From NCBI RefSeq assembly GCF_045037415.1, contig NZ_CP173438.1: a stretch of 64,000 bases of DNA. One strand, written 5' to 3'. A model generated the notes under the pieces. That model did not search any database, was not told the DNA's origin, and saw only the letters and a program-made list of their open reading frames with translations. This stretch comes from Escherichia coli. Its GTDB lineage: Bacteria > Pseudomonadota > Gammaproteobacteria > Enterobacterales > Enterobacteriaceae. The translations under genes and the position numbers were made by a program. Each line of letters starts with the position of its first letter. The first letter of the stretch is position 1. Below are positions 19,243 through 28,602 of this stretch, piece by piece.

Positions 19243-20814
19243 ATGTGCTCTGTACGCACGATCACTGCACCGGAAGCTGCAGATTTGATTGTTGATGGCG
19301 CAGTTGTCACCGTCTCCTCCTCCAGTGGAATGGGGTGTCCGGATGCGGTGCTGGCAGCAATAGGTGAACGCTTTCAACGTGCCGGACATCCGCAAAACAT
19401 CACCTCCATCCACCCTATCGCCGCTGGTGATATGTATGGCGTAAAAGGCATCGATCATCTGGCGCAACCGGGCTTACTGGCAAAAGTGATCGCTGGCTCC
19501 TACCCCTCCGGTCCATCATCAATGACGCCTCCGTTAATCTGGCAAATGATCAATGACAACGCGATCCCCGCCTGGAATCTGCCTTCCGGGATCTTATTTG
19601 ATATGCACCGGGAAGCGGCGGCTCATCGTCCTGGCGTGCTGACACAAACAGGCATGGATACCTATGTGGATCCCCTGTTGCAGGGCGGTGCAATGAATGA
19701 AAAAGCGGCGCAACAATCTCTGGTTGAACGTGTTCGATTTGCTAACGACGACTGGCTGTTTTTCCCCAGTATCGTGCCGCAGGTGGCGATCATTCGCGCT
19801 ACCACTGCCGATGAACGCGGCAACCTGACTTATGAACATGAAGGGGCTTATCTGGGGCCACTGGAACAGGCTACTGCCGTTCGCAATAATGGTGGCATCA
19901 TAATTGCGCAAGTAAAACGACAGGTTGCCGCCGGAAGTCTGAAACCAAAAGAGGTGCGTATTCCGGGTGTACTGGTGGATTACATCGTGATTGCGCCGGA
20001 ACAAACACAAACGACACAAACGCAATATGAACCTGCCATTTCCGGCGAAATCAGTCGTCCGCTGTCAGCCTTTCGTTATATGGAACATGGCCCGGCGCGA
20101 GTTATTGCCCAGCGAGTCGCGCAAGAACTACAAAGTGGAGATGCGGTAAATATTGGCTTTGGTATTTCTGCCAACGTACCACGCATTTTACTGGAACAAG
20201 GTCGCCACGGTGACGTCACCTGGCTGCTGGAACAGGGCGCGATTGGCGGAGTTCCACTGCTGGAATTTCAGTTCGGTTGTGCCTCTAATGCAGAAGCATT
20301 TTTGCCCTCTCCCCAGCAGTTCACCTATTTCCAGGGTGGTGGTTTTGATCTCACTCTGATGTCGTTTTTACAAATCGGCGCAGATGGCTCAGTGAACGTC
20401 TCACATCTCCCCGCTCGTCCACATGTCACTGCCGGATGCGGTGGATTTATTGATATCACCTCACATGCGAAACGCATTATTTTCTCTGGCTTTTTCAATG
20501 CCGGTGCCCAACTGCAACTGGAAGAGGGTCAGCTGCGTATCATTAAAGAAGGCAAAGCCAAAAAACTGGTACAGGACGTCGCCCACGTGACGTTCTCCGG
20601 CAAACGCGCAATAAGACTCGGGCAACAAGTACAGTACATTACTGAACGCTGCGTTCTGGAATTAACCCCAGACGGGCTACTGGTCACAGAAATTGCCCCA
20701 GGTATTGATCCTGAACGCGACATTCTCGCCCAAAGCGATGCCCCACTCCGTCTGGCAGACGATCTCAAACTAATGAATCCCCTCTATTTTCAACAAGGAA
20801 GTCACCATGAATAA
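19243..20814 (+). CDS. family I CoA-transferase (acyl-CoA:acetate / propionate CoA-transferase-like, fused alpha-beta)
   Basis: 523 aa; AAGGAA RBS; resembles YdiF/Pct-type transferases. Confidence 0.65.
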   Translation: MCSVRTITAPEAADLIVDGAVVTVSSSSGMGCPDAVLAAIGERFQRAGHPQNITSIHPIAAGDMYGVKGIDHLAQPGLLAKVIAGSYPSGPSSMTPPLIWQMINDNAIPAWNLPSGILFDMHREAAAHRPGVLTQTGMDTYVDPLLQGGAMNEKAAQQSLVERVRFANDDWLFFPSIVPQVAIIRATTADERGNLTYEHEGAYLGPLEQATAVRNNGGIIIAQVKRQVAAGSLKPKEVRIPGVLVDYIVIAPEQTQTTQTQYEPAISGEISRPLSAFRYMEHGPARVIAQRVAQELQSGDAVNIGFGISANVPRILLEQGRHGDVTWLLEQGAIGGVPLLEFQFGCASNAEAFLPSPQQFTYFQGGGFDLTLMSFLQIGADGSVNVSHLPARPHVTAGCGGFIDITSHAKRIIFSGFFNAGAQLQLEEGQLRIIKEGKAKKLVQDVAHVTFSGKRAIRLGQQVQYITERCVLELTPDGLLVTEIAPGIDPERDILAQSDAPLRLADDLKLMNPLYFQQGSHHE

Positions 20815-21586
20815 CGGCACCATTGACCTCCAGCGCAACGGTTTCATTGCCACTTTGGTGATTAATCGCCCGGCGAAACTCAACGCATTAACCCCAGAGA
20901 TGCTCGAACAACTGCTGGCGCATTGCCACACGTTGGAAACTGATTCGGAGATCCGCGTAGTACTGCTGACCAGTGCCAGTGAAAAAGCGTTTTGTGTCGG
21001 CGCGGATATTCATCGCTGGACCTCTCTTTCTGCACTCGATATGTGGCGCAACTGGATCCGCCGCGGTCATCAGGCATTTGATGCTCTGGCACAACTGCCA
21101 CAGCCCGTAATCGCCCTGTTGCACGGCCTGGCTTATGGCGGTGGTCTGGAACTGGCTGCTACCGCCGATATCCGTATTTGTAGCGCCGAAGCACAAATGG
21201 CACTACCAGAAACCGGGCTGGCGACAGTGCCTGGCTGGTCAGGAACGCAGCGGCTGACGGCACTGCTTGGGCGCTCACTGGTGAAAGAACTGGTATTTAC
21301 CGGTGAACCACTGGATGCACAGCGGGCACTGTCCTGCGGGCTGGTGAATCGCGTTGTCGCCAGGGAGGCGTTACACGACGCCGGACTGCAACTGGCACAA
21401 CGTATCGCCCAGCGTGCTCCCGTTGCAGTGCAGATCGCCAAGCAGGTTATTGATGCCGGAGAAGGTATTGCTGTGGCCTCGACGCTTGAAGCACTGGCTG
21501 GCGCTTTTTCCGCCACGACTGAAGATGCTCATGAAGGCAGTCAGGCATTTACTGAGAAGCGTCAACCGCACTTTCAGGCACGCTGA
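20807..21586 (+). CDS. enoyl-CoA hydratase/isomerase (crotonase) family protein
   Basis: 259 aa; crotonase oxyanion-hole regions (FCVGADI, GGGLELA); 8-bp overlap with upstream gene. Confidence 0.8.
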   Translation: MNNGTIDLQRNGFIATLVINRPAKLNALTPEMLEQLLAHCHTLETDSEIRVVLLTSASEKAFCVGADIHRWTSLSALDMWRNWIRRGHQAFDALAQLPQPVIALLHGLAYGGGLELAATADIRICSAEAQMALPETGLATVPGWSGTQRLTALLGRSLVKELVFTGEPLDAQRALSCGLVNRVVAREALHDAGLQLAQRIAQRAPVAVQIAKQVIDAGEGIAVASTLEALAGAFSATTEDAHEGSQAFTEKRQPHFQAR

Positions 21587-21612
21587 TCGCCTCTTACAAG
21601 GAAAGAAAGATA

Positions 21613-22893
21613 ATGAATATGACAACCTCTGTTCCCCAAACGCCTTCTTTATTTCGGCGAATAATGACAAAACTCGCGGCCTTTGCACCTGGCATCTTTC
21701 TTATTGGCTACAGCATCGGAACAGGCAGCATCACCACTATGGCTAAAGCAGGTGCTAACTATGGTGTCTCGCTCATGTGGGCCGTGGCGCTTTCTTGCAT
21801 TGTTACCTGGTTTTTAATCCGTATTTATGGTCGTTATGCTTCCGTCACTGGTGAACGCGCGTTGACTGCATTTCGTCGCCATATCCATCCCGGCGTTGCG
21901 ATGTTGTTTCTGATCGGGTTAACCGTTGCCGTGAGCGGTTCCATTATGGGGGTAATGGGTATTCTGGCGGATGTAATGGCAACATGGTCCACGACCTGGT
22001 TTAGTGGCGGTATCTCAGCTCTCGCCTGGGCTATCGCGATGGTCATTATGATTAACGTGATGCTCTGGACCAACAGCAACGCCGGGTTCGACAAAATCCT
22101 CTCCGCGCTGGTTGGCATTATGGGGCTGGCGTTTGTGATTAATTTTTTCATTATGATGCCGCCGGTCGCAGATCTGCTGGCCGGATTTATTCCGTCTGTT
22201 CCCGATCCTGTCGCTGGCGATAACAGTACGCCATTTCTGATAATTTCTGGCATGGTGGGTACCACCGTAGCACCAGCAATGTTTCTTATGCGCACGACCC
22301 TGGTAAAAAGTAATGGTTGGGGTGTGGACAATTTGCCTCATCAAAATCGTGATGCCATTGTCAGTGCAGGAATGATGTTCATCATCAGTGCGGCGGTGAT
22401 GGCTGCGGCTGCGGGTACGTTGTACCAAACTGGCACAGGTTTAAATAATGCCTCGCAAATGGTCATTATTCTCGAACCTATTGCTGGCTCAGCTGCCGTG
22501 GGGCTCTTTGTTATTGGTATTGTTGCAGCCGGGCTTTCCAGCCAGTTCCCAAATTTGCTGTTAACGCCCTGGCTGCTGGCTGACTGGCGTGATACCAGCA
22601 ACGAAGTTAGCCCAGGTTACCGTATCCTGATGACGGTTATGTCTCTGCTTTGTCTGGTTGTGCCGCTGTTCCACGCACGCCCGGTATTGGTGATGATTGC
22701 CAGCCAGGCCTTTAACGCCATTATTCTGCCGCTGACTGTTTTATGTATGTTCTGGCTGGCGAACAAGCCTTCGTTAATGGGCAAATATCGTTGCTCACGC
22801 TGGGAAAACGTCATGTTTATTGCCATAAGCGTATTTACGCTAATCATGGGCTATATGGCAATGAGCGGCTTAATCGAAAGTCTGATGAAATAG
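21613..22893 (+). CDS. NRAMP-fold transporter homolog lacking canonical metal-binding motifs
   Basis: 426 aa polytopic; TM1 region aligns to NRAMP GPGxL...DPGN...QAGA but reads APGIFL...GTGS...AKAGA. Confidence 0.55.
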   Translation: MNMTTSVPQTPSLFRRIMTKLAAFAPGIFLIGYSIGTGSITTMAKAGANYGVSLMWAVALSCIVTWFLIRIYGRYASVTGERALTAFRRHIHPGVAMLFLIGLTVAVSGSIMGVMGILADVMATWSTTWFSGGISALAWAIAMVIMINVMLWTNSNAGFDKILSALVGIMGLAFVINFFIMMPPVADLLAGFIPSVPDPVAGDNSTPFLIISGMVGTTVAPAMFLMRTTLVKSNGWGVDNLPHQNRDAIVSAGMMFIISAAVMAAAAGTLYQTGTGLNNASQMVIILEPIAGSAAVGLFVIGIVAAGLSSQFPNLLLTPWLLADWRDTSNEVSPGYRILMTVMSLLCLVVPLFHARPVLVMIASQAFNAIILPLTVLCMFWLANKPSLMGKYRCSRWENVMFIAISVFTLIMGYMAMSGLIESLMK

Positions 22894-22903
22894 GTGGGAC
22901 GCA

Positions 22904-24940
22904 ATGATTGACGAAACGCTAACGGCGCTCACTGATATCAAAATGCCCCATTACGCACCGCTGGCTCAAGCCAGCGGTAGTATCGACCTTAACGGTACCA
23001 TTTTACCAGAGTACTGCTGCAACACGCTGGTTCTGGGCAGTGGCGCGGCAGGATGGCGAGCTGCCGTCGAGCTGAAACGGCAAAATGTCGATGTAATGGT
23101 CGCCTCCAGCAAAGCCTTCTGGGGCACTTCCGCCTGTTCTGGTTCCGATAAACAAACGCTTCACACCGCGAATACGCGTGCAAATGGTGACCATTTTCTG
23201 ACATTAAGTAACACCCTGGCGGCAGGTGGTGCGATGGATCATGACACCGCATATGTTGAGGCGGTCGGATCGGTGAACACCTGTGAAGTACTGAAATATC
23301 TGGGTCTGGATCTGCCTGAAGATCTCTTTGGCGCAACGTTGCGTTATCAAACCGATCACGATGAATTTGGCCGTGCCACTAGCTGCGGTCCTCGAACATC
23401 GCGCCTGATGGTGAAGGTGCTGGCCCAGGAGGCAATGCGCCTTAATATTCCTCTTTGCGATCACACAACGGCGATTCATATCCTGACCAGTGGTGAAGGG
23501 GAAAATCGACGAGTCGTGGGGGTGATCGCCATCGATAAAGCCTGTCGGGATAATCCCTGGCGAATGGTCGTGATTCGCTGCCAGCATCTGGTTTTAGCCA
23601 CGGGCGGACCAGGTGAACTTTATCGTGACAGTGTTTATCCGGTGAACTGTTTTAGTGCGTTGGGCATGGCACTGGAAGCAGGTATAACTCTGGTTAATCT
23701 TACGGAAAGTCAGTTTGGTATCGGTACACCGCGCAGCCAGTTTCCGTGGAATCTTTCCGGTACTTACATGCAGGCGATGCCGCGCATCTATTCGCAGGAC
23801 CACTCCGGGCGTCAGTATAATTTTCTGGCAGCTTATTACCCCACGACTCGTATGCTGGCCTCCGCAATATTTCGTAAAGGTTACCAGTGGCCGTTTCACG
23901 CGGAACGAATGCTGGAATATGGCTCCAGCCTGCTGGATGTCGCAGTTTATGAAGAGACTCAAAAAGGGCGCGATGTTTTTCTTGATTTTCTACGGGAACC
24001 AGAACCCGCAGCGGACGGAACGTCATTCAACCTGCAAGAACTGGATGATGATGTCATCGACTATCTGCAACAAAATCACGCCCTGTTGGCACAACCGCTG
24101 GCGAGATTAACACAGATGAATCCTCTGGCTATTCGTTTGTATCAGATGCACGGTCATGATCTCACAGCCTCACCGCTCAAGTTTACGCTAAATAATCAAC
24201 ATCTTAATGGCGGAATTGAAGTTGATATTTGGGGACGTACATCGCTAACTGGTTGTTATGCTGCCGGAGAAAATGCCGGAACACATGGTGTCACGCGCCC
24301 AGGTGGAGCAGCGCTCAATGCCGGGCAAGTTTTCGCCCGCCGCTGTGCATTACATATTGCTCATCAGAAAAGCCAGGACCGGCCTCTCGAGAGGCAACAA
24401 ATTCTCAGTACGATTAATGAGGCGCAACAGTACCTGAATCAGGGGCTGCTACGTGACGACGTGCGAGAAACGATACAAAATACCATGAGCCACCATGCCG
24501 CAATTTTGTGTCATACACAGGGGATCAACACTGCCGCGCAAACCCTGGCAACACTTTGTGAAGATATTCGCCGGGAAGGTATTCAATGCGATGAAAACAG
24601 CCTGGCACAATCTTTCCAGTGGCGGCAAAGTGCGCAACTGGCGCTGGCTGTACTGCGTTCTTTACAATGTTATGTCGAAAACGGTGGTGGGAGTCGTGGT
24701 GCCAGGGCTATCTATGATGGCGAAGCCGGTATTGCACCGCAAACACCAGGTGGGCCACTCCTGGCCTGGCGTTTTCGGCCAGAAAATCAGGATGCCAGGC
24801 AATATATGATTTGTGTTTGTCGGGAAGCTAATGATTACCAAACCTGGACTCGCCCGTGCCGTGAACGGGGCGTATTAACGCTAACCAACTTTGAGCGCCA
24901 GTGGCAAAACTGGATTGCGGCGACGCCGTTTCAATACTGA
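22904..24940 (+). CDS. FAD-dependent oxidoreductase, fumarate reductase/succinate dehydrogenase flavoprotein superfamily
   Basis: 678 aa; N-terminal GSGAAG dinucleotide-binding motif; C-terminal GRTSLTGCYAAGENAG FAD-binding signature. Confidence 0.65.
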   Translation: MIDETLTALTDIKMPHYAPLAQASGSIDLNGTILPEYCCNTLVLGSGAAGWRAAVELKRQNVDVMVASSKAFWGTSACSGSDKQTLHTANTRANGDHFLTLSNTLAAGGAMDHDTAYVEAVGSVNTCEVLKYLGLDLPEDLFGATLRYQTDHDEFGRATSCGPRTSRLMVKVLAQEAMRLNIPLCDHTTAIHILTSGEGENRRVVGVIAIDKACRDNPWRMVVIRCQHLVLATGGPGELYRDSVYPVNCFSALGMALEAGITLVNLTESQFGIGTPRSQFPWNLSGTYMQAMPRIYSQDHSGRQYNFLAAYYPTTRMLASAIFRKGYQWPFHAERMLEYGSSLLDVAVYEETQKGRDVFLDFLREPEPAADGTSFNLQELDDDVIDYLQQNHALLAQPLARLTQMNPLAIRLYQMHGHDLTASPLKFTLNNQHLNGGIEVDIWGRTSLTGCYAAGENAGTHGVTRPGGAALNAGQVFARRCALHIAHQKSQDRPLERQQILSTINEAQQYLNQGLLRDDVRETIQNTMSHHAAILCHTQGINTAAQTLATLCEDIRREGIQCDENSLAQSFQWRQSAQLALAVLRSLQCYVENGGGSRGARAIYDGEAGIAPQTPGGPLLAWRFRPENQDARQYMICVCREANDYQTWTRPCRERGVLTLTNFERQWQNWIAATPFQY

Positions 24941-25045
24941 TCAGAGATATTCCGGGTTGTGACCGCAGCCCGGAAAAAATCCCCGCGCGGCCTGGCGACT
25001 ACTGTTAGGCTTAAAACAGATATGTCGCTCAGTAAAGGAGTTTAA

Positions 25046-26029
25046 ATGGCAACGCGCATCGAATTTCACAAGCACGGTGGCCCGGAAGTACTTCAGGCCG
25101 TGGAGTTCACTCCTGCCGATCCGGCGGAGAATGAAATCCAGGTCAAAAATAAAGCCATCGGCATCAATTTTATCGACACGTATATCCGCAGCGGCCTTTA
25201 CCCGCCACCATCGCTACCCAGCGGATTAGGCACCGAAGCGGCAGGCATCGTGAGTAAAGTCGGCAGTGGTGTAAAGCATATTAAGGCAGGCGATCGCGTA
25301 GTCTATGCACAATCGGCATTAGGCGCTTACAGCTCTATGCATAACATTAATGCGGATAAAGCGGCGATTCTGCCTGCGGCAATTTCTTTTGAGCAAGCTG
25401 CGGCATCCTTCCTGAAAGGCTTAACGGTTTATTATCTGCTGCGCAAAACCTATGAAATTAAACCCGATGAACAGTTCCTGTTCCACGCAGCGGCTGGCGG
25501 CGTTGGCTTGATTGCCTGCCAGTGGGCAAAAGCCCTGGGCGCGAAACTTATCGGCACCGTGGGAACCGCGCAAAAAGCGCAGAGTGCGCTAAAAGCGGGC
25601 GCATGGCAGGTTATTAACTATCGTGAAGAGAATCTGGTCGAGCGGTTAAAAGAGATCACCGGTGGCAAGAAAGTGCGCGTGGTGTACGATTCAGTGGGCA
25701 GAGACACCTGGGAACGGTCGCTGGATTGCCTGCAACGCCGCGGCTTAATGGTGAGTTTTGGCAACTCATCAGGTGCGGTTACCGGTGTGAACTTAGGCAT
25801 TCTCAATCAGAAAGGCTCGTTGTATGTGACACGCCCTTCCCTGCAAGGCTATATCACCACGCGGGAGGAATTAACCGAGGCCAGTAATGAACTGTTCTCT
25901 TTGATTGCCAGCGGTGTGATTAAGGTCGATGTCGCCGAGCAGCAGAAATATCCGCTGAAGGATGCGCGGCGTGCGCATGAGATTCTGGAAAGCCGGGCGA
26001 CGCAGGGTTCCAGCCTGTTGATTCCATAA
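25046..26029 (+). CDS. qor: NADPH:quinone oxidoreductase
   Basis: 327 aa, MDR family, Qor-like. Confidence 0.9.
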   Translation: MATRIEFHKHGGPEVLQAVEFTPADPAENEIQVKNKAIGINFIDTYIRSGLYPPPSLPSGLGTEAAGIVSKVGSGVKHIKAGDRVVYAQSALGAYSSMHNINADKAAILPAAISFEQAAASFLKGLTVYYLLRKTYEIKPDEQFLFHAAAGGVGLIACQWAKALGAKLIGTVGTAQKAQSALKAGAWQVINYREENLVERLKEITGGKKVRVVYDSVGRDTWERSLDCLQRRGLMVSFGNSSGAVTGVNLGILNQKGSLYVTRPSLQGYITTREELTEASNELFSLIASGVIKVDVAEQQKYPLKDARRAHEILESRATQGSSLLIP

Positions 26030-26037
26030 AAGAAATT

Positions 26038-26066
26038 GGGCTTCCACCTGGGAAGCCCTTTCTTTT
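26038..26066 (+). terminator. rho-independent terminator after qor
   Basis: GGGCTTCC-ACCT-GGGAAGCCC hairpin followed by T-rich tract. Confidence 0.6.
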
Positions 26067-26193
26067 ATAGTTCGGCTGTATGTAGGGTACAGCTCGATGA
26101 ATTTGTTTGACACGCAATAGTGACAGATTTGATTATCAATTCCTATTTTGTTCTAAGGATAAAACCTTAGGTTGTGATCATCCGCACAATCCC

Positions 26194-26436
26194 TTAGTAA
26201 CGCCAGCGGTCATAATGCTGATATTTCGGCACTTTTGGTGCTTTAATCGCCCTGATCACCCACACCACCGCAACCGCCAACAGCAGCCACGGCAGCAACT
26301 TAATCATCAATGCCAGCATACCGCCGAGGAACATAAAGGCCGTCGCCACAATCAGCGCGGCGATAATACCCAGCAACGAAACACCAGTGACCATCAGCAT
26401 GACAAAAAAGCCAATTACAAAAAGTAGTTCCAGCAT
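26194..26436 (-). CDS. pspG: phage shock protein G
   Basis: 80-aa hydrophobic protein MLELLFVIGFF...; ORF-finder extension trimmed. Confidence 0.85.
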   Translation of the reverse strand: MLELLFVIGFFVMLMVTGVSLLGIIAALIVATAFMFLGGMLALMIKLLPWLLLAVAVVWVIRAIKAPKVPKYQHYDRWRY

Positions 26437-26470
26437 GATGCTCTCCCAAATATGAAATCTCTTGCTGGCA

Positions 26471-26488
26471 TTACAAGAATCATGCCAA
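26471..26488 (-). promoter_or_regulatory. candidate sigma54 promoter of pspG
   Basis: Minus-strand TGGCATGATTCTTGTAA ~35 bp upstream of pspG start. Confidence 0.45.
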
Positions 26489-26569
26489 AAATAATCTATT
26501 GATTTAACAGCAAAACGCCCCGCGACGGTGCGCAGGGCGTGGTGAATTTGACTACTTTTTGGTGAAAAG

Positions 26570-27565
26570 TTAACGCTTATCCGCCACCAGTTTGAGCGCG
26601 TGTTCCAGCACATTAATGTCTGCACCCGCTTTATGGGCATTTTCACTTAAATAACGTCGCCACTGCCGCGCGCCAGGAATACCCTGGAACAAGCCCAGCA
26701 TATGCCGGGTAATATGGCCGAGATACGTCCCCTGGCTGAGTTCACGCTCAATGTACGGATACATGGCGCGCACTACCGCCACCGGATCGGCATCGGTATC
26801 CGAGGAACCAAAAATCTCTCGGTCTACCGCCGCCAGAATCCCCGGATTCTGATACGCCTCGCGCCCGACCATCACGCCATCCATATGTTGCAAATGCGCT
26901 TTAGCTTCTTCCAGCGACTTGATACCACCGTTAATCGACATCGTCAGATGCGGAAAGTCACGCTTCAGTTGATACACACGCGGATAATCGAGCGGCGGGA
27001 TCTCACGGTTTTCTTTCGGACTTAACCCAGAAAGCCAGGCTTTACGTGCGTGGATGATGAACATCTCACACTCACCTTTGCCGGAAACGGTGTTGATGAA
27101 ATCGCAGAGAAATTCATAGCTGTCCTGATCATCGATGCCAATACGCGTTTTCACCGTCACCGGAATCGACACCACATCGCGCATCGCTTTCACGCAGTCG
27201 GCAACCAGCTGCGCATTACCCATCAGACACGCACCAAACATGCCGTTCTGCACCCGGTCAGACGGGCAGCCGACATTCAGGTTGATCTCATCATATCCGC
27301 GCGCTTCTGCCAGCTTCGCACACTGTGCCAGCGCCGCCGGATCGCTACCCCCGAGTTGCAACGCTACCGGATGTTCTTCTTCACTGTACGCCAGGTAATC
27401 ACCTTTACCGTGAATAATCGCCCCTGTGGTCACCATTTCGGTATACAGCAACGTATTGCGGGAAAGCAGACGCAGGAAATAACGGCAATGTCTGTCCGTC
27501 CAGTCAAGCATCGGGGCAATCGAGAAACGGTAAGCGGGATAAACAGTGTGTGATTCTGCTGGCAT
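26570..27565 (-). CDS. dusA: tRNA-dihydrouridine synthase A
   Basis: DusA-like TIM-barrel flavoenzyme; true start may be a non-ATG codon slightly upstream. Confidence 0.85.
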   Translation of the reverse strand: MPAESHTVYPAYRFSIAPMLDWTDRHCRYFLRLLSRNTLLYTEMVTTGAIIHGKGDYLAYSEEEHPVALQLGGSDPAALAQCAKLAEARGYDEINLNVGCPSDRVQNGMFGACLMGNAQLVADCVKAMRDVVSIPVTVKTRIGIDDQDSYEFLCDFINTVSGKGECEMFIIHARKAWLSGLSPKENREIPPLDYPRVYQLKRDFPHLTMSINGGIKSLEEAKAHLQHMDGVMVGREAYQNPGILAAVDREIFGSSDTDADPVAVVRAMYPYIERELSQGTYLGHITRHMLGLFQGIPGARQWRRYLSENAHKAGADINVLEHALKLVADKR

Positions 27566-27720
27566 GGCGACTTTTTAAGCATCTGGTAAATTGGGGGCGC
27601 TACTATAGCATAACGAATATGCGATCAGGCAATGTGACAGCCATGACACCCTGTTCTCGGCGTTTAAGTGAGAACTATGGTAAAGTAAGGACATTCTTAA
27701 CCCCACTGTCGAGGTGCCCA

Positions 27721-28236
27721 ATGGAAAAGACCACAACGCAGGAGTTATTAGCGCAGGCTGAAAAAATCTGCGCACAGCGTAATGTGCGCCTGACCCCACA
27801 GCGTCTCGAAGTGTTGCGCCTGATGAGTCTGCAGGATGGCGCTATCAGCGCTTATGATCTGCTTGATTTGCTGCGCGAAGCTGAACCGCAAGCCAAGCCG
27901 CCAACGGTTTATCGCGCGCTGGAGTTTCTGCTTGAACAAGGTTTTGTGCATAAGGTGGAATCCACCAACAGTTATGTGCTCTGTCATCTGTTCGATCAGC
28001 CCACCCATACTTCAGCCATGTTTATTTGCGATCGCTGCGGCGCGGTGAAAGAAGAATGTGCTGAAGGCGTGGAAGACATCATGCATACGCTGGCGGCAAA
28101 AATGGGTTTTGCCCTGCGGCATAATGTTATTGAAGCACATGGATTATGTTCAGCATGTGTAGAAGTAGAAGCGTGTCGTCATCCTGAACAGTGCCATCAT
28201 GACCACTCTATTCAGGTGAAAAAGAAACCTCGCTAA
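27721..28236 (+). CDS. zur: zinc uptake regulator (Fur family)
   Basis: 171 aa from MEKTTTQELL...; C-terminal Cys/His metal sites. Confidence 0.9.
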   Translation: MEKTTTQELLAQAEKICAQRNVRLTPQRLEVLRLMSLQDGAISAYDLLDLLREAEPQAKPPTVYRALEFLLEQGFVHKVESTNSYVLCHLFDQPTHTSAMFICDRCGAVKEECAEGVEDIMHTLAAKMGFALRHNVIEAHGLCSACVEVEACRHPEQCHHDHSIQVKKKPR

Positions 28237-28277
28237 AAGGGTGTACATCCTTGTACATGTCGGGCAGGAGGGATTAA

Positions 28278-28487
28278 TTACCAGCGGTAATCATGGCGTT
28301 TTTCCCAACTATCAACCTCTTTTTCTGCCTGATCTTTCTGATAACCGTAGCGTTCCTGGATTTTACCCACTAACTGATCACGTTTTCCTTCAATGATCGT
28401 CATATCATCATCGGTCAGTTTGCCCCATTGCTCTTTCACTTTACCTTTAAACTGTTTCCAGTTACCGCCGGCTTCATCTTTATTCAT
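28278..28487 (-). CDS. yjbJ: CsbD-family stress protein
   Basis: 69 aa MNKDEAGGNWKQFKGK... Confidence 0.85.
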   Translation of the reverse strand: MNKDEAGGNWKQFKGKVKEQWGKLTDDDMTIIEGKRDQLVGKIQERYGYQKDQAEKEVDSWEKRHDYRW

Positions 28488-28602
28488 AATCAAGACCTCA
28501 TCGTTAGGTTGTGAATGAGAGTACGTTCACTTTTCTTCTGAACGTGAGATTAAGTGTAGTCAGCAATTTGGCTTAGGATTATTTATTCAGAATTTTTAAC
28601 CG

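Noticed and set aside
17953-24940. Prophage or integrative element at the dnaB-qor insertion
   Set aside because: No integrase, transposase, tRNA attachment site or direct repeats recognised at the boundaries; content is purely metabolic.
24941-25045. Hairpin CCGGGTTGTGACCGCAGCCCGG upstream of qor as terminator
   Set aside because: Followed by an A tract on the plus strand and preceded (not followed) by T tract on the minus strand, so it does not fit an intrinsic terminator for either orientation.
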